From Klebsormidium nitens (taxonomy: Eukaryota > Plantae > Klebsormidiophyceae): a stretch of 64,000 nucleotides of DNA. Made by a program: the position numbers and the translations under genes. Positions 13,301 through 25,626 of the stretch are shown one piece after another. Below the pieces are notes generated by a model. That model did not search any database. It worked only from the letters and a program-made list of their open reading frames with translations, and was not told the DNA's origin. The stretch covers positions 62,001-126,000 of the forward strand of contig DF237189.1 in assembly GCA_000708835.1 (NCBI GenBank). Direction: 5' to 3'. Numbering within the stretch: the first letter of the stretch is position 1; each line of letters begins with the position of its first letter.

Positions 13301-15065
13301 CTATCCAGCAAGAGCCCCCTTAATACGAACATAATCATTGCAATTTCTGAGTTCTCCAATCTACATGTCTCAGTGGCGTTAGCCTGAAGGAGGCCGCCTC
13401 GAAGGCGTGTTTCCCGACGAGACTATTCAATACCCCAGACATAGCACCTTAAAAGAGTACCAACAAGAGCAGTTACTCCCTTCAAACAAGTTCCTTCCAG
13501 TAAAAACGTTTTCCATTCTGCTTTATTGCAGTGGCGTCAGCCTGAAGGAGGCCGCGTCGAAGGCGTCTTTTGAACGAGACTTTTCATCACCCCAGAATTA
13601 GTACCTTAACAGTACCCCAACAAATGGACTTGCCTCTTTACTCAAACAGATAATCTTCGTTCTTTCAATCTTCTTTGTTGCAGTTTGTCAGCCTGAAGAA
13701 GGCCGCTTCGAAAGCCTTTGGGCAGAAGAGCGGGGTTCCTGCACCATTTACTACCCGAAAAAGCGCTCACTTTTCCTTCGAACAAGTCCCTTCCAGTCTC
13801 AACATTTTCAACGGTGCGGTCTTCCAACCAAGAACTTCCTTTTAATGTTCAACTGTTCCCTTTCCGCGTTGTAGTTGCAGTGGCGTCAGCCTTCTGTATT
13901 GTTGCAGTGGCGTTCGCCTGAAGGAGGCCGCGTCGAAGGCGTCAAGCATGCAGAAGAGAATTCTTGCACGTTCTCCCGACGGAAAGTTATTTACTAGTGC
14001 GAAGTACTTTTCCAGTACCCAATGTTTTGCCTCCATCATTTGTTGCAGTGGCGGCAGCCTGACGGAGGCCGGGTCGAAGGCGTATTTTGGAACGAGACTT
14101 TCCAGCACCCCAGAAATAGAACCTTCACAGTAAGACTACCTACTTCCTTACGCAAACAAGTAGTTTCCGTTGGTAAGGTTTTCCCATCTTGTTCGTTGCA
14201 GTGGCGTCAGCCTGAAGGAGGCCGCGTCGAAGGCGTACGAGCAGGCGCTGGCGCCGCACCACTCTTGGGCGATCCGGCAGGCGGTGCGCGCGAGCCTGTA
14301 CACGCTGCCCAGCAGAGAAAAGTTCCTAGCGCGGGTCGGGGAGGACGGTGAGCGGGCGCAAATCGCACTGTTTCGGAGTCCTTGTTCGAACTTAACGTGG
14401 CTTCAAACTTTGAGTTTCGCACCTGGATCATTGAACAAGCAACTTTGAGCGGGAATACTTCTGTCTGATATGCTGCTTTTTAGGGAAGCTCTGCCAAGCA
14501 GCGAAAGCAGTTGGACAAGGGTGGAGTCGAGTCAAGCTTTGAAACCGTGAGGGTGTCAGGTTCGAAACCGGTGCCCTACATTCCCGTGCGATTTAGTCTG
14601 CTTTGAGAGAATTTTGTCAGGCTCGCTTTTCGGGATCCGCAACAATCAGGGGCGAACATCGGTGGCGGCAATTGAAGTTGGATGAGTGCGTGGTGCGGCC
14701 GGCTGCACGTGCGGTTCGTCAAGCTCAGTCGGGAACTTGCGGATTGGTTTTGGTCAGATTCTGAGGGGCGTGCCAAGACAGCCTCTGAATGTTCCAGCTT
14801 CCAGGTTCGTTCCAGCCGGCAAAGGACTCAGCGGACTTCCGCAGTGGCTGCTGTCAAATGTGTTTGCTTACTTCAGACTGACACGGAATGCGTCTGTGAC
14901 TGGGCTTTCGCCTCCCATGTTGCTGTTCGGCGCAAACTGACGTAGCTTCCCTCTGCAGAATTTTCCTGGCGGCCCTACGCTCAAGAGTTTGTCAACGATT
15001 CGGACCCCGTCATCAAATACGTGATCAGCCTCTACGTAGACAAAGGCATCGGGACCGATTGGTGA
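10359..15065 (+). CDS. ACD11: ACD11/glycolipid-transfer (GLTP-fold) protein
   Basis: Exons 10359-10547, 11807-11979, 14202-14347, 14959-15065, phase-compatible. Motifs 'FGHLGMAFKFARDDFVTK', 'GSHTRNLLRVTRG', 'AYEQALAPHHSWAIRQAV', C-terminal 'IGTDW*'. Confidence 0.92.
12413..14240 (+). repeat. Intronic tandem array (~150-bp period) of 3' splice site plus the first ~40 nt of ACD11 exon 3
   Basis: Copies of tgcag|tggcgtcagcctgaaggaggccgcgtcgaaggcgt at ~12413, 12575, 12723, 13007, 13150 (decayed), 13371, 13527, 13679, 13876 (partial), 13903 and 14044; the true acceptor is at 14197-14201. Confidence 0.92.
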
Positions 15066-16110
15066 TGACGGTAAAGAAAACAGTGAAGCTGCGCACACCT
15101 GGATCAGGATTCATTTCCTAGTTGGGGCAAGCCCTAGATTCCGTGAGTGTCATGTAAGTGACTGAGAGACCCGGCCTAAGTTTCGGACAAGAAGATACGT
15201 GCAATTTTCCTCTGTACAAAGCATAGCTAGAGCATAGGTGACTGAGGGAAGAGCAACTCAATTGCGACCTTCCATCGAAGTGGCAGCAATTCCAGGATTT
15301 TGAAAATGCTTACACCGTGCAACAGCATAGTATCAGTTAATCAGGCATGAGAATGTGCGGCGCGCCCATAATCTCGATCTTAAGAAGTTAGTCAGGCCGT
15401 AGGTATACTCTCATGATAGGCTTCATTCGATCGACAGTTATAAGGCTTGATTCCAGGCACTAGCTGGCCGCCATGCCATGATTGCACAACAGCCGCCATG
15501 TGGCAGCATATATGCGCGATCTTCGATTACGATGCATGTGCGCAGCTCAATCCCTGCCACTGTAATCAACGCAATTTGATGCATGGCCTAAAGGCGTGCA
15601 TGGCCCGGCCGCCGCCTGCCGCGCAGCCGAAATATGTGCAGCACCTTAATTAGGTTATACCAAAGCTACAGAATTCATATTGCATACATCATGTAACGGT
15701 GGTTCCGAACTTAACGCCGTCGAATCATCATGGCCATGGCCAGCAGTGCATGAGGGCCGCGCCCGCCAAGCAGGACGCATGGCATGATGGCCCACCGGCA
15801 TCATTGAATTCAATGGTATGATATTAAAAGCTCTCATGCTTAACTTACGGTCGTTGCCAGGTCGGACTCAGTGACCTCAAGGATATATGCGGGGCGCAGC
15901 CGCGCTGGGCCCGGCTGCACGTACCGGTATGTGCAGCATGCAACATACTAAGGATGATAGTCCCATGCAGGACGGTTGAATCGAAAAGTGGGGGGGCCAG
16001 CTTCGCAGCCGTTTCAGAATATGGCAGCTTCAAGGCTTCATCTACCTTCAGCGCGCTCGGCCAGCATGCAATGGATTCAATTCAAGCAACAAACCCAGGT
16101 ACACACTCTA

Positions 16111-19100
16111 TCAATCAGCACTGGAAAAATCTGAAGGTTCTCTGGGGTCCATGTTTCTCAAATCGGTCATCCGCCGATCGAACTCGGCTGCGTGCTTGTC
16201 CCGCTCCTCTAGTTCGCCCCCCTCAAACTCCAACCACTTCTCCCGCAAGTCCTCCAGTACATTCGTGCTCTCCTCGTTCCGCTCTTCCGTTCCTCGTGGC
16301 ACCGCCACTTCCGGCTTGTTCGGCCGGATCGTTGCGTCAACGAACTCGGTTAGCGGCGGCAGCTCCTTAACCATGGCCTGGAAAGCTGCGCTTGAGGCAA
16401 ACGCCTCAAAGTTGTTCGCCATAGCGTTGAGGCAAAACTCTCGTAACCGTGCGACGCCGTACCTGAGTAATAATGGATATAACTGAGTGCCAGGAAGGCG
16501 GATTCCCGCAAGTACGCAGGCCATGACTTGAGGCACACAAGCAAAAAGCTCACAAGATTGGGCGGAAGTAAAAAGCAGGGGGCCAACAGTTGAAACCACA
16601 GCCGTTGCGCATCCTTTTCTCCCAAACGGGTATCGATTTGGAGCGGACACGTAGGTTGGGGGCGTCCTTTGAGATATCGCGGCGAAGCTTCGCTCATCAA
16701 GTTGAGGACCTCGGGACTTTCTGCACTACCACTCGTAGCTTTACAGATCCTTCTGCTGCAATCGTGAGCCCCACATTGATTTGATCAATCAAAGCTATCT
16801 CCTCAGTTTGCTCCATTGAATCTTTGCTTTCCAGTGCCAAGCTCGTCGTGTGAACGAAGAGAAGCACTGCGCATTGCACGAACGAGTCCGTCGAAGACCC
16901 AGCCGGCACCGAAAGCATTGGCCACTAGCTGTCGCTTCAAAGTCGGCGACAAAAGTTGACTGGTTCAATAGCCCGCCTTTGCCCCTTTTCGACAGTGCGT
17001 TGTCTGCGCTTCCTGGACATTTTAAAATCCCAAAGGGTGGTAGATATAGCAAGGTTCTCTACGTTGGAAGTGTGCCAGCACGATCGAGACAGATAGGGTT
17101 GCCCACTCACATGTCGGCGACCAAGAGCCAGTGGCACAGCTCGTCCACATTCGCCGCCTCTAACCCCGGCAGCAGCGCATCGGCCACGGCACGCTTCAGC
17201 GGAAACAGCAGAAACTGCGACGCCGCGTCTAAAACTTCCACCACCAAACCCGGATCCACTGACGTCACCCTGTCTGTGTACATGTACTCGAACACCGTCT
17301 CGAGCGCCTCGGGGCTGACGTCATTCAGTGTCAAGACGGGCAACGTTGACCCGTCCGGGTCAGGGACTAACCCCTCCTTAAACCCCTCGGTGCGGCTGAG
17401 CCGCGCACGAAAGTACTCAGAGCGCGCGGCGAGAACCACTTTGTGCGCCCGGAATTTGCGGGCCGCGCCCGTTGCCAGGATGACATCGGCAAAGTCGTCG
17501 CGGGAAGATGATGGCGTGGCAGCGTCGGAGAAGTCGAGGTCGCCCACTCGGTCAGTGATGACGTCAGAAGTTGCTGCGAGCCCGCCAGTGCGACGGAGGA
17601 TGTTGCCCAGGCAGGCGTTCAAGCGGGCGGGCTCGGAAAGGGAGGACGCCTGCACAGAAAGGCCGTGCAATTGTTGGTCGCAAAGGCTTGGCAAAACGTT
17701 ATCCAGCCTGCCACGTGTCCATGTGATCTCTCTGGATGATGAGAGGTGCATCTTAGGATATCAGTACAACTGGTAAGTTCCAGAGCTCACGTGCTTTGAC
17801 TCTGTAAAGTTTGTCTCGTAACAATCGAAGGACCCATGAGTAGACTAATCACAACCAAAAGATGGGTTTGCACAAGGAAAATGACGCGCAGAAATGCAAT
17901 GCAAGTACCAATCCGCGGTAGACCCATAAGCGGTCCATACCAGGCTGCCTGCCGGTGCATACCTGAAGCACGAATCGGCGCTGCAGGTTCTGGTGCAGGC
18001 GGTGCCACTTCATGTCGGAGTACTTTTGGTGGTTCTTCTCCGCCTCTAGTTTCTCCCGCAGCTCCGGCAGCCGGCACTGTCGACAGATCCGCGCGAGGTC
18101 CTCCATTTCGTCCACCGCCACGTCTAACCGGTCCGTGTAGAAGAACTGGAACAGCGACACCAGCGCCGAGTAACTTAACCGCGGGCTCGCTAATCTAACC
18201 TCGTCTCGCCCCCGCCACTTGCCCGCAAAAGCCGCCGAGAAATACGGGGAACGAGCGGCCAGGATCGCGCGGTGTGCGCCGACAGTGCGATCTGACCCGA
18301 GGAACGAGAACGTGATGTCGGGCGGCCAACAGGGATCCCCCTCGGGGGGGAAGCATTCCCGGAGGTCTAGTTGTAGAGGGTCCAGGGGAGGGGGGCGCTG
18401 CTCGTAGGCTTTCAGAATCTCGCGGATGCGCAGGTTGAGGGCAGCGTAGTGGCAGCGGTCGCCGTCAAATGTGTACCTGGGGGGAGGAGACTCTACGTTG
18501 ATTATCTCGACCGCAAATATCACGATTAAAGAGCCTCCCTGAGACGGGTGGGTTTATTATTGGGGTTTTGAGTACGCATGAGTGCAGAGGTTGATTTTCG
18601 GGTGTAGTTTTCAGTTGGGTTTAGGTTCTCAACTTTGTTCGTCAAATCTCGTGCACCTTTTGTGGATATTTCAAAGCGTTGTCCTAGGAGGAAGTGGGGT
18701 ATCTTAGTCGTCGATTGGACAGTTGCTGTCCAGGTCGAAAACAGTTGAAGAATTTCTGCAACCGACCAGCTGGCATGCGGATACGACAGTCGTCTCAACG
18801 AAAACCTTTGCAGCGCCATCAAAGCAGGTATTGCAACAGTGTTGGCGCGACAGCCCGTGATTACCTGAAAATTAATGTCCTCGATCAGACGAGATTTGGG
18901 CACACTTTACGATGCAAAACGCTTCGTCCGAAGTGAATGAAGAAGAAGAAGAATAAACAACTCAGAAGGGAAGAAAAGACCGGTGCGGCTCACTTGGGCC
19001 GAGTATATTGATCACAAACGGAACAGCCCTGGATTAGCGAGGAGAAACGAAGGGCAGCTCACTCGCTACAGACAGCCCCCGCCTCCAACAAGATCATTGT

Positions 19101-21135
19101 TATGTCTTCATGGCCGGCGAGGCAGGCGTAGTAGAGGGGGGTGCTGTCCCACTTGTCGCGGGCGTTGATATCCACCCCCTCCTCGTGGAGCAAGTACTTG
19201 AGGCGGTCAACGTCTCCTGCGCAATACAAGCGAAATGATTAACGAGTTTAATGTTTGCTTGACCAGGATTGCGAGGCTCGACCAGGTCTGGCGGCTCTTC
19301 AAGGCTACACCCATCTATGCTAGTGGAGCAGAGAATATTTGAAGCTTGAAGCAGACCCATTGGTTTGGCTCTCGGATGCAGACATAGAAACCTCCTGGAG
19401 CATGAGAACGAAGACTTTATATGTTCACATAATAAAAGGGGGAGCCGGCAGCAACGCAACAAGAAATACAAATAGCCAAAAATCATACACCGAAGAAGTG
19501 TTACAAGCATTAACTCTGGAAAAGGCTGGTGGTAAGGTAACGCCAAGATTGCAAATGCCCCCAAATCTCTTCGCCCAGACAAATCTTCAACTTGCTCGCT
19601 GTGCAAGAAGACAATGCTCTAAAGAGCCACCAGGTCGAACCTGAGTGCCTCTGAGTGCCTCCGACCCCTGACTTCCCTATCAGAGGGGACCCTAAGACGT
19701 ACAAACTGCAGTATCAAGTGGTGGTGAAAATGCTTCGCCAATCTGTGATTCAGATTGTGGACTCAACTAGGCCCCGTGCAGTCATACAGAGGCTTAAATG
19801 CAGAACCACCAGGTTTTCGGGATCTTGCGGTTTACGGCGTGGAAGATTGTGAATGAGATAGTGAAGGCCGAAACAACTCAGCCACCAGATAGCTGTTTGC
19901 AAGGACTTCTCAAACGTCCAATCAGTGCCATATTTGAAAAGTCTCTTGCAGCGAGGGTCGTAAAAGAAGTATCTTCGCTTCTCCCGTTTCATGGAATCTT
20001 GGAAAAGAAAGGTTTCCATTACATCTAGAGGTCAATTGACTGGAATTATATGCAACCGATTGGTGGTAGTTGGCCGGACAAAACACCTGAGAAGCTCAAC
20101 TTAATGAATCTGATGGCGCCAGGACCTGATTGACTTTCCAACGCACCGGGACTCTGTTTGCATGTCCGAGACACACACTTTCTTTCGGGAGCAGCTTGCG
20201 AGTCAAGCTTGTCAACCTTTATGAACAAGAAACTGCGATTCGCTGGCAGTAAATGTAAGTGCAGAACGACATGTATAAGTACTGATGAGATACATATAAT
20301 GTATGACTTTTTGATGCATCTAAACGATCCTGAAGCTACGGCATAGAAAACCCTCAGTTTCATTCTATACAANNNNNNNNNNNNNNNNNNNNNNNNNNNN
20401 NNNNNNNNNNNNNNNNNNNNNNNNNNNNNNNNNNNNNNNNNNNNNNNNNNNNNNNNNNNNNNNNNNNNNNNNNNNNNNNNNNNNNNNNNNNNNNNNNNNN
20501 NNNNNNNNNNNNNNNNNNNNNNNNNNNNNNNNNNNNNNNNNNNNNNNNNNNNNNNNNNNNNNNNNNNNNNNNNNNNNNNNNNNNNNNNNNNNNNNNNNNN
20601 NNNNNNNNNNNNNNNNNNNNNNNNNNNNNNNNNNNNNNNNNNNNNNNNNNNNNNNNNNNNNNNNNNNNNNNNNNNNNNNNNNNNNNNNNNNAAGCTACGG
20701 CATAGAAAACCCTCAGTTTCATTCTATACAAGTGATACATGAAAAGTCATCTCTTGACCAGCCAGGCTCCGGCTTGACTTCTTCTTCCAACAATATAAAC
20801 TGCAAGAGAAGACACACCACCACTCCATCAAAGTCCACGTAGCGTCCGCTTTTCCATCTAGAACGATCTGCCGCCTCACCACTTCTTGCCGCAGAGTACA
20901 CATCCCCCTGCGGAGTGCGCTTTCTTCTTGACCGACGATAACTATCGCCCAGCTCCCACTCATCAATCTCATCTTCGGCTTCGGTGTCCCTTGTTGCAGA
21001 ATCTCCCACAGCATCCAGCAGGTTCTCCTCTTCGGGCCCATTCATATTGGCACCCTGGTGTGCATCAGCAGGCGCCTGATCTGCTGGTGGCACTACACTT
21101 TCTGCCGCACCATTGGAAGCCTGATTAGCGTCCAT
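16111..21135 (-). CDS. Ankyrin-repeat and BTB/POZ domain protein (ABTB1-like)
   Basis: Exons 21135-20880, 19216-19062, 18476-17962, 17649-17111, 16462-16111, phase-compatible. Ankyrin '[36 protein letters not shown]', then '[14 protein letters not shown]'. Two BTB domains ('[13 protein letters not shown]', '[13 protein letters not shown]'). Confidence 0.93.
20373..20691. other. Assembly gap (319 N) with a 40-bp sequence duplicated on both flanks
   Basis: aagctacggcatagaaaaccctcagtttcattctatacaa occurs at 20333-20372 and 20692-20731. It lies within intron 1 of the BTB gene. Confidence 0.97.
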
Positions 21136-21626
21136 GTTCGCAAACCAAGGAGCGCACACATACTTATCGCTGTCTTCTAAGCACTCAAAAAGTGATCAGC
21201 TCTCGTGGACCAAGTTCGTGTAACCACCTTTTGAGACATGTATCATTTTTGTTTGTGATTCTTTTTGTTTTTGAAACATCAGCATTGCTCACGAGCCGCT
21301 ATTCCATCTCTCTCAAGTTACCCCAGAGCGCCTCCAACGACTTGGTGGCATGTGTCGGTTTTGCGGCAGCAGGTCTCAACCTCAAGCTACCTATCTAGGT
21401 TTCCAACAAGCAACATGGCGAACCACCAAGCTTTGGGCCAAGCACAGCAGTCTGAGTATAGCGTCCTGATCCAATCAACACTGTCCTCGCACTGTCGCAG
21501 ATCTCTGCTTCTTGAGCTATGCGTGAGTTTGGACAAGCTGACGTCGGGCCGGTACGTACCGACTGGCAAGCACAGCCTGAGCGGTCGGCACCGCGGACTC
21601 GCGGGCGCGAGTCAGACTCAAGAGTA

Positions 21627-21949
21627 CCGTACTACCAAGGTATGATTCCGAATAAATAAATAATTATTTGCATTCGGAAAGTTGGAAACTCCAAAAAAAG
21701 CATTCGGAATTCGCTTTTTCGGAAATGGAAATTAATTGTTAAATCTCGTTCGGAAAGTGATTTTGAAGCCCGTATGAGCTTCAGGTACGTACCGGTACCC
21801 TTTAAGACCCACTATATAAGGGTACCTGGGTACCTTTCGTCTCATTCGGATTCAGGGTCGGATTCCGGAAAATAATACAACATTTGGACTCGCATTCTGT
21901 AGAATAATTGCATTTTTCAAGCATTCGGAATCATACCTTGGCAGTACGG
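21627..21949. mobile_element. MITE, Tc1/mariner-type (TA target-site duplication)
   Basis: 27-bp terminal inverted repeats with one mismatch: ccgtactaccaaggtatgattccgaat (21627-21653) and attcggaatcataccttggcagtacgg (21923-21949). TA on both flanks. AT-rich non-coding interior with repeated ttcggaa/ttccgaa motifs. Confidence 0.85.
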
Positions 21950-22271
21950 TAAACTCGAAGACTGCACATGTATGCTGCACATGTGCATATGCTGCACTAT
22001 GTACATGGGCATGCAGGGGCATGGGCAGCATTGCGCGTTGTTTTTCCCATCCAACGTCTGTCCCATTCTGTCCTGAGCAAACGGAGGCTGGAGGTCATGT
22101 AGGCCAGAAGAAGCCTTTAAAGCAGGCTTTTGTTCCAAAGAAGTGGCAATTAGCTGTGACAATAGTCCCCGCTTGAGAATGAGGGGGGCGGTGAAGGGGC
22201 GGGGCTGTAAGTCTTTGTTCAAGGTGTAGCATTGACACCATAACAGTGCGGCTGTTACGCGGCACCAAGAG

Positions 22272-24471
22272 ATGGGGAATTACTACCAATACGACTGTCA
22301 GCAGTGTGATCGAGAGTTCTCCTCACAGGGTGCGCTGCAGCAGCACTATCGAGACTCACCGGTGCATAGGCTTATCGAGTGCGAAGAGTGTGACACGCGC
22401 TGCATTGGTGTCGCGAGCCTTGATGAGCACATGGCTGAATGCCATCCTCCCCCTTACTGCTCCCCTTGTGACAGGACCTTTGTCTCAGAGAAAGCGCTGC
22501 TACAACACCTATCGCAGTCCCCAGTCCATAAAGTCTACGCCTGTGACGAGTGTGGGATATATTGCATAGGTGCAGCAGCCTTGGACAAGCATGAGGAGTT
22601 ATATCACCCTCCCCCTTGCTGTGCAGAGTGCGACAGGACCTTTGTCTCTGACACAGCGTTGCAGCAGCATCTTAGAGAATCTCCCGTTCACAAAATCCTC
22701 ACTTGTGACTTGTGTGGCAGAGACTACGTAGGCACAGCGGCCTTGGACCTGCACATGGAAGTGTATCACCCCCCTCCTCAGTGCGCAGAGTGCGACAGGA
22801 CCTTTGCTTCCGACGCAGCGTTGCAGCAACACCGAAGGGAATCTGCCGTTCACAAAGTGCTGGTTTGTGACCTGTGTAGTACAGTTTGCGTCGGCACAGC
22901 GGCCTTAGACCGGCACACGGAAGCATATCACCCCCCTCCCCACTGCGCGCTTTGCGATCGAGTCTTTGTCTCGGAAAAATCATTGCAGCAACACCTCCAA
23001 ACCTCTCCCGCACACCGAGTCCCGACCCATAGCTGTCGGGAGTGCGATAGATCGTTCTGCACGGAGGCGGCTCTTCGGCAGCACCTCAACTCGCCCATCC
23101 ACGTTCATCGTTGCGAAGATTGTGACCGAACCTTGGCCTCTGCGGCTGCTCTACGGCAACACCTTCTCTCCCCAAGACATGTCTCCCTGGACCAGTCGTC
23201 TACGTCAGGGCCAGATTCCGAGGTGCGTCCGGCGATGGTGCCAGGCACTCCAGTCTCGCAAACCCCGGCACTTGCCCAACATGTAAGACACCCCATTTCC
23301 TTACGCTGCTTTCAGATCGATCTTTTGTTTGGATGAGATTGTACTGACTAGCTTGGTCTCTTTCTGTTGACTGATTGGAATTTCGCATGTCACTAGCGGC
23401 TGCACATCAAAAACATGACTCTCAGCACTGTACTCCATTCCTCACAAGTCTTGTATGTCAAACTGGATAGGACCCAGCCTGCGTATGTTTTCAAATTCAG
23501 CCTGCCTGGAGTCGTCATGGAGGATTCCATCACTAAAGCGTTTGGACGGTCAATAGCAGATACACTGCTGAATCTTCTGGCCAAACATCCAGAGCAGCTG
23601 CAGGCGTGTGCGCTTTCATCAGGTTGCACCAGTTCACAGGGCTTCTTCCACCTCAAGTTGCAGTTCTTGCTGAAAATGGATAATCCCTTTCGAACAGTGC
23701 GTGGCACTTAATTGTCCGCTTCTTTCGATCGAGTCGCTGCAGAGCATTGAGGTTTCACTGGAACATCTGCAGTTGGGGGTGGCAGAAGCATCTACTGCCT
23801 CTGCCCCAAACGGAGGCGACAGTGGAAGTGACCGCGTCGGTAACAACGGCCGACCATCTCCTCTTCCTGGCGCCGCTCACGGAACGGGGCCTTCACATGT
23901 GCCTGGGAGCTCCGACACCTGGGAAGACGTTCCCCTGTCTCTTCTACGGCTTGAGTCAAGGGAACAGGAGCTCAACACGCAAGCCTCGAAAATCCGGTTT
24001 GGAAACTTTCCGGCAGAGGTCGCAAGGAACTCGACTTCGGACCACCTGCTCTCCGCCATCCTGCCGACGCTCTTGCCGAGGGCGGGGGGTGTGCCAAATG
24101 GAAGTAGCACAGGGGCCGAGGGAGCCTCAAGCTCTGGCACCAACTTTTTGTCGGTTGACGCGGCCGCTGCCACACTTGGGCCCCGCACGGTGAACGGATA
24201 CGCATCTCAAACGCCTGCCGGTGGGGTGGACGGCCGGAACACGGGTCTCAAGGGAAAGACTAAAGTAGCCCCGGTTGATGAAGGCTTGGAAGGTACCGAC
24301 CTATTCGAGGGATCCAGTTGCTGCATTTGCTTCGAGAAGCCCAAAGATGCCGCTTTCGTGCCATGCGGGCATCGAGTGTGCTATGGCTGCGGCGGAGTGG
24401 TACACAAGCAGCGGGGGGCTTGCCCGATGTGCAACAAAAAGATCGACATCGTGCTTCGACTTTTTGGCTAG
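22272..24471 (+). CDS. Tandem C2H2 zinc-finger protein with probable spliced C-terminal C3HC4 RING
   Basis: Exon 22272-23222 (donor GAG|gtgcgt; alternative donor ~23283) encodes 11 CxxC-x12-H-x4-6-H fingers, including about four 51-aa (153-bp) double-finger repeats. Phase-0 acceptor at 23742 opens an exon ending in 'CCICFEKPKDAAFVPCGHRVCYGCGGVVHKQRGACPMC'. The join is inferred; the two parts could be separate genes. Confidence 0.75.
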
Positions 24472-25626
24472 TCCTCCAGCTCCTTCGACCTGTCCCCCGC
24501 AGCCACACCGACTGATCATTGATGATTCTACATCTGGGCGAAACATTCAGGAGACCGCAATGTGGACTTTGTAGGTCCGGGCCCGTGCACAGAATTGGTT
24601 CTGGAGTAGTCTTGCATTGAGTAATCCGTGAGGGGCCGGGGGCTAGTTGAGGCAATATTTGACTATAATGAATAGTGACACTATACTTAGGTTGTGTATT
24701 GAATATCTTAGATTTGGTTCACTAAATCTGGTCGAATTGACAGATTCTTTGAGGGTCTCCGTTCAATTAACGGGGCAAAATGGTTTTCTCCAAAGGCATG
24801 CTTCAAATAGGATATGATCGTATTCAAAGACACTTCGACAGTGCCTTGCTCGATGGTCCCCGCGCCGCCCATGACGGACGTTCCGAATTCCGATACTCGT
24901 TGCACGTGTCATTGGGAGTCGACGGCATCTGCATATATAGGGCCAATCCCCCAACGGCCCGGGCATTCGCGGAAGCTAGCTGTGTACGTGTACCGGGATT
25001 GCGGATTTCGATGTGGACATTATGCATTATAATATAATACTATAAGAGTATATATGTCTAGGCTATCATGCCCTTAAAGTATAAGGCCTCAGGTCATGAG
25101 GCCTCAGGTCCCAGTATACGGTATATATATATGTACTGCCGCCAAGTTGCTGACCGCAAATATACTGCGGCGCGCGAGCGCTCTGGGTGGCGCGGCGCAC
25201 ATGCACTGGCACAGTGGTCAATAATTATATGCACACATGTGATGGTTGGCCACCGTTTTTAAAGTATACAGATTGCATGCTGTGGCAGCTTATGCGCAAA
25301 TTGCCCGTAAGCGGATCATCATTGAATACAGGAATTTTGGCCGCGCCCAGATAGAGGCGGGGCATGACCGTGTTGAGACGAAATGTAATCATATGCCAAT
25401 CCTGCAGTTGCCATTGCAAGAAGTTGGACCGATGTCATATCATAATGCATGTGCACATGTAGTAGCTAGCAAAGATCATTAAGCACCACGCACTGCATAT
25501 CAAACCTAACCATGCATGCATGCTTAGGTGCCCAGCCTTATACCACGGCTCTCGGCGTTTGAGACGACAAATACCCCGCAGCATTATACCTCCTTCCGAC
25601 ATTTTCCGTTCACATAGTTCTTCCTT

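Noticed and set aside
12413-14240. CRISPR array
   Set aside because: The repeats are copies of a eukaryotic splice acceptor plus exon start, the spacers are related to each other, and there are no cas genes.
14500-14578. tRNA gene (GGTTCGAAACC T-loop-like hairpin at ~14557)
   Set aside because: No convincing acceptor, D or anticodon stems; it lies in an ACD11 intron. At most a SINE-like remnant.
16850-17776. 308-aa plus-strand ORF
   Set aside because: Antisense shadow of the GC-rich BTB exon; Ser/Arg-rich with no domain.
20333-20731. 40-bp direct repeat as a TSD or LTR
   Set aside because: It flanks the N-run exactly; most likely a contig-overlap scaffolding artefact.
23415-23711. Separate 98-aa gene between the ZF and RING exons
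   Set aside because: No recognisable domain; probably intron of the ZF-RING gene, though an extra exon cannot be excluded.
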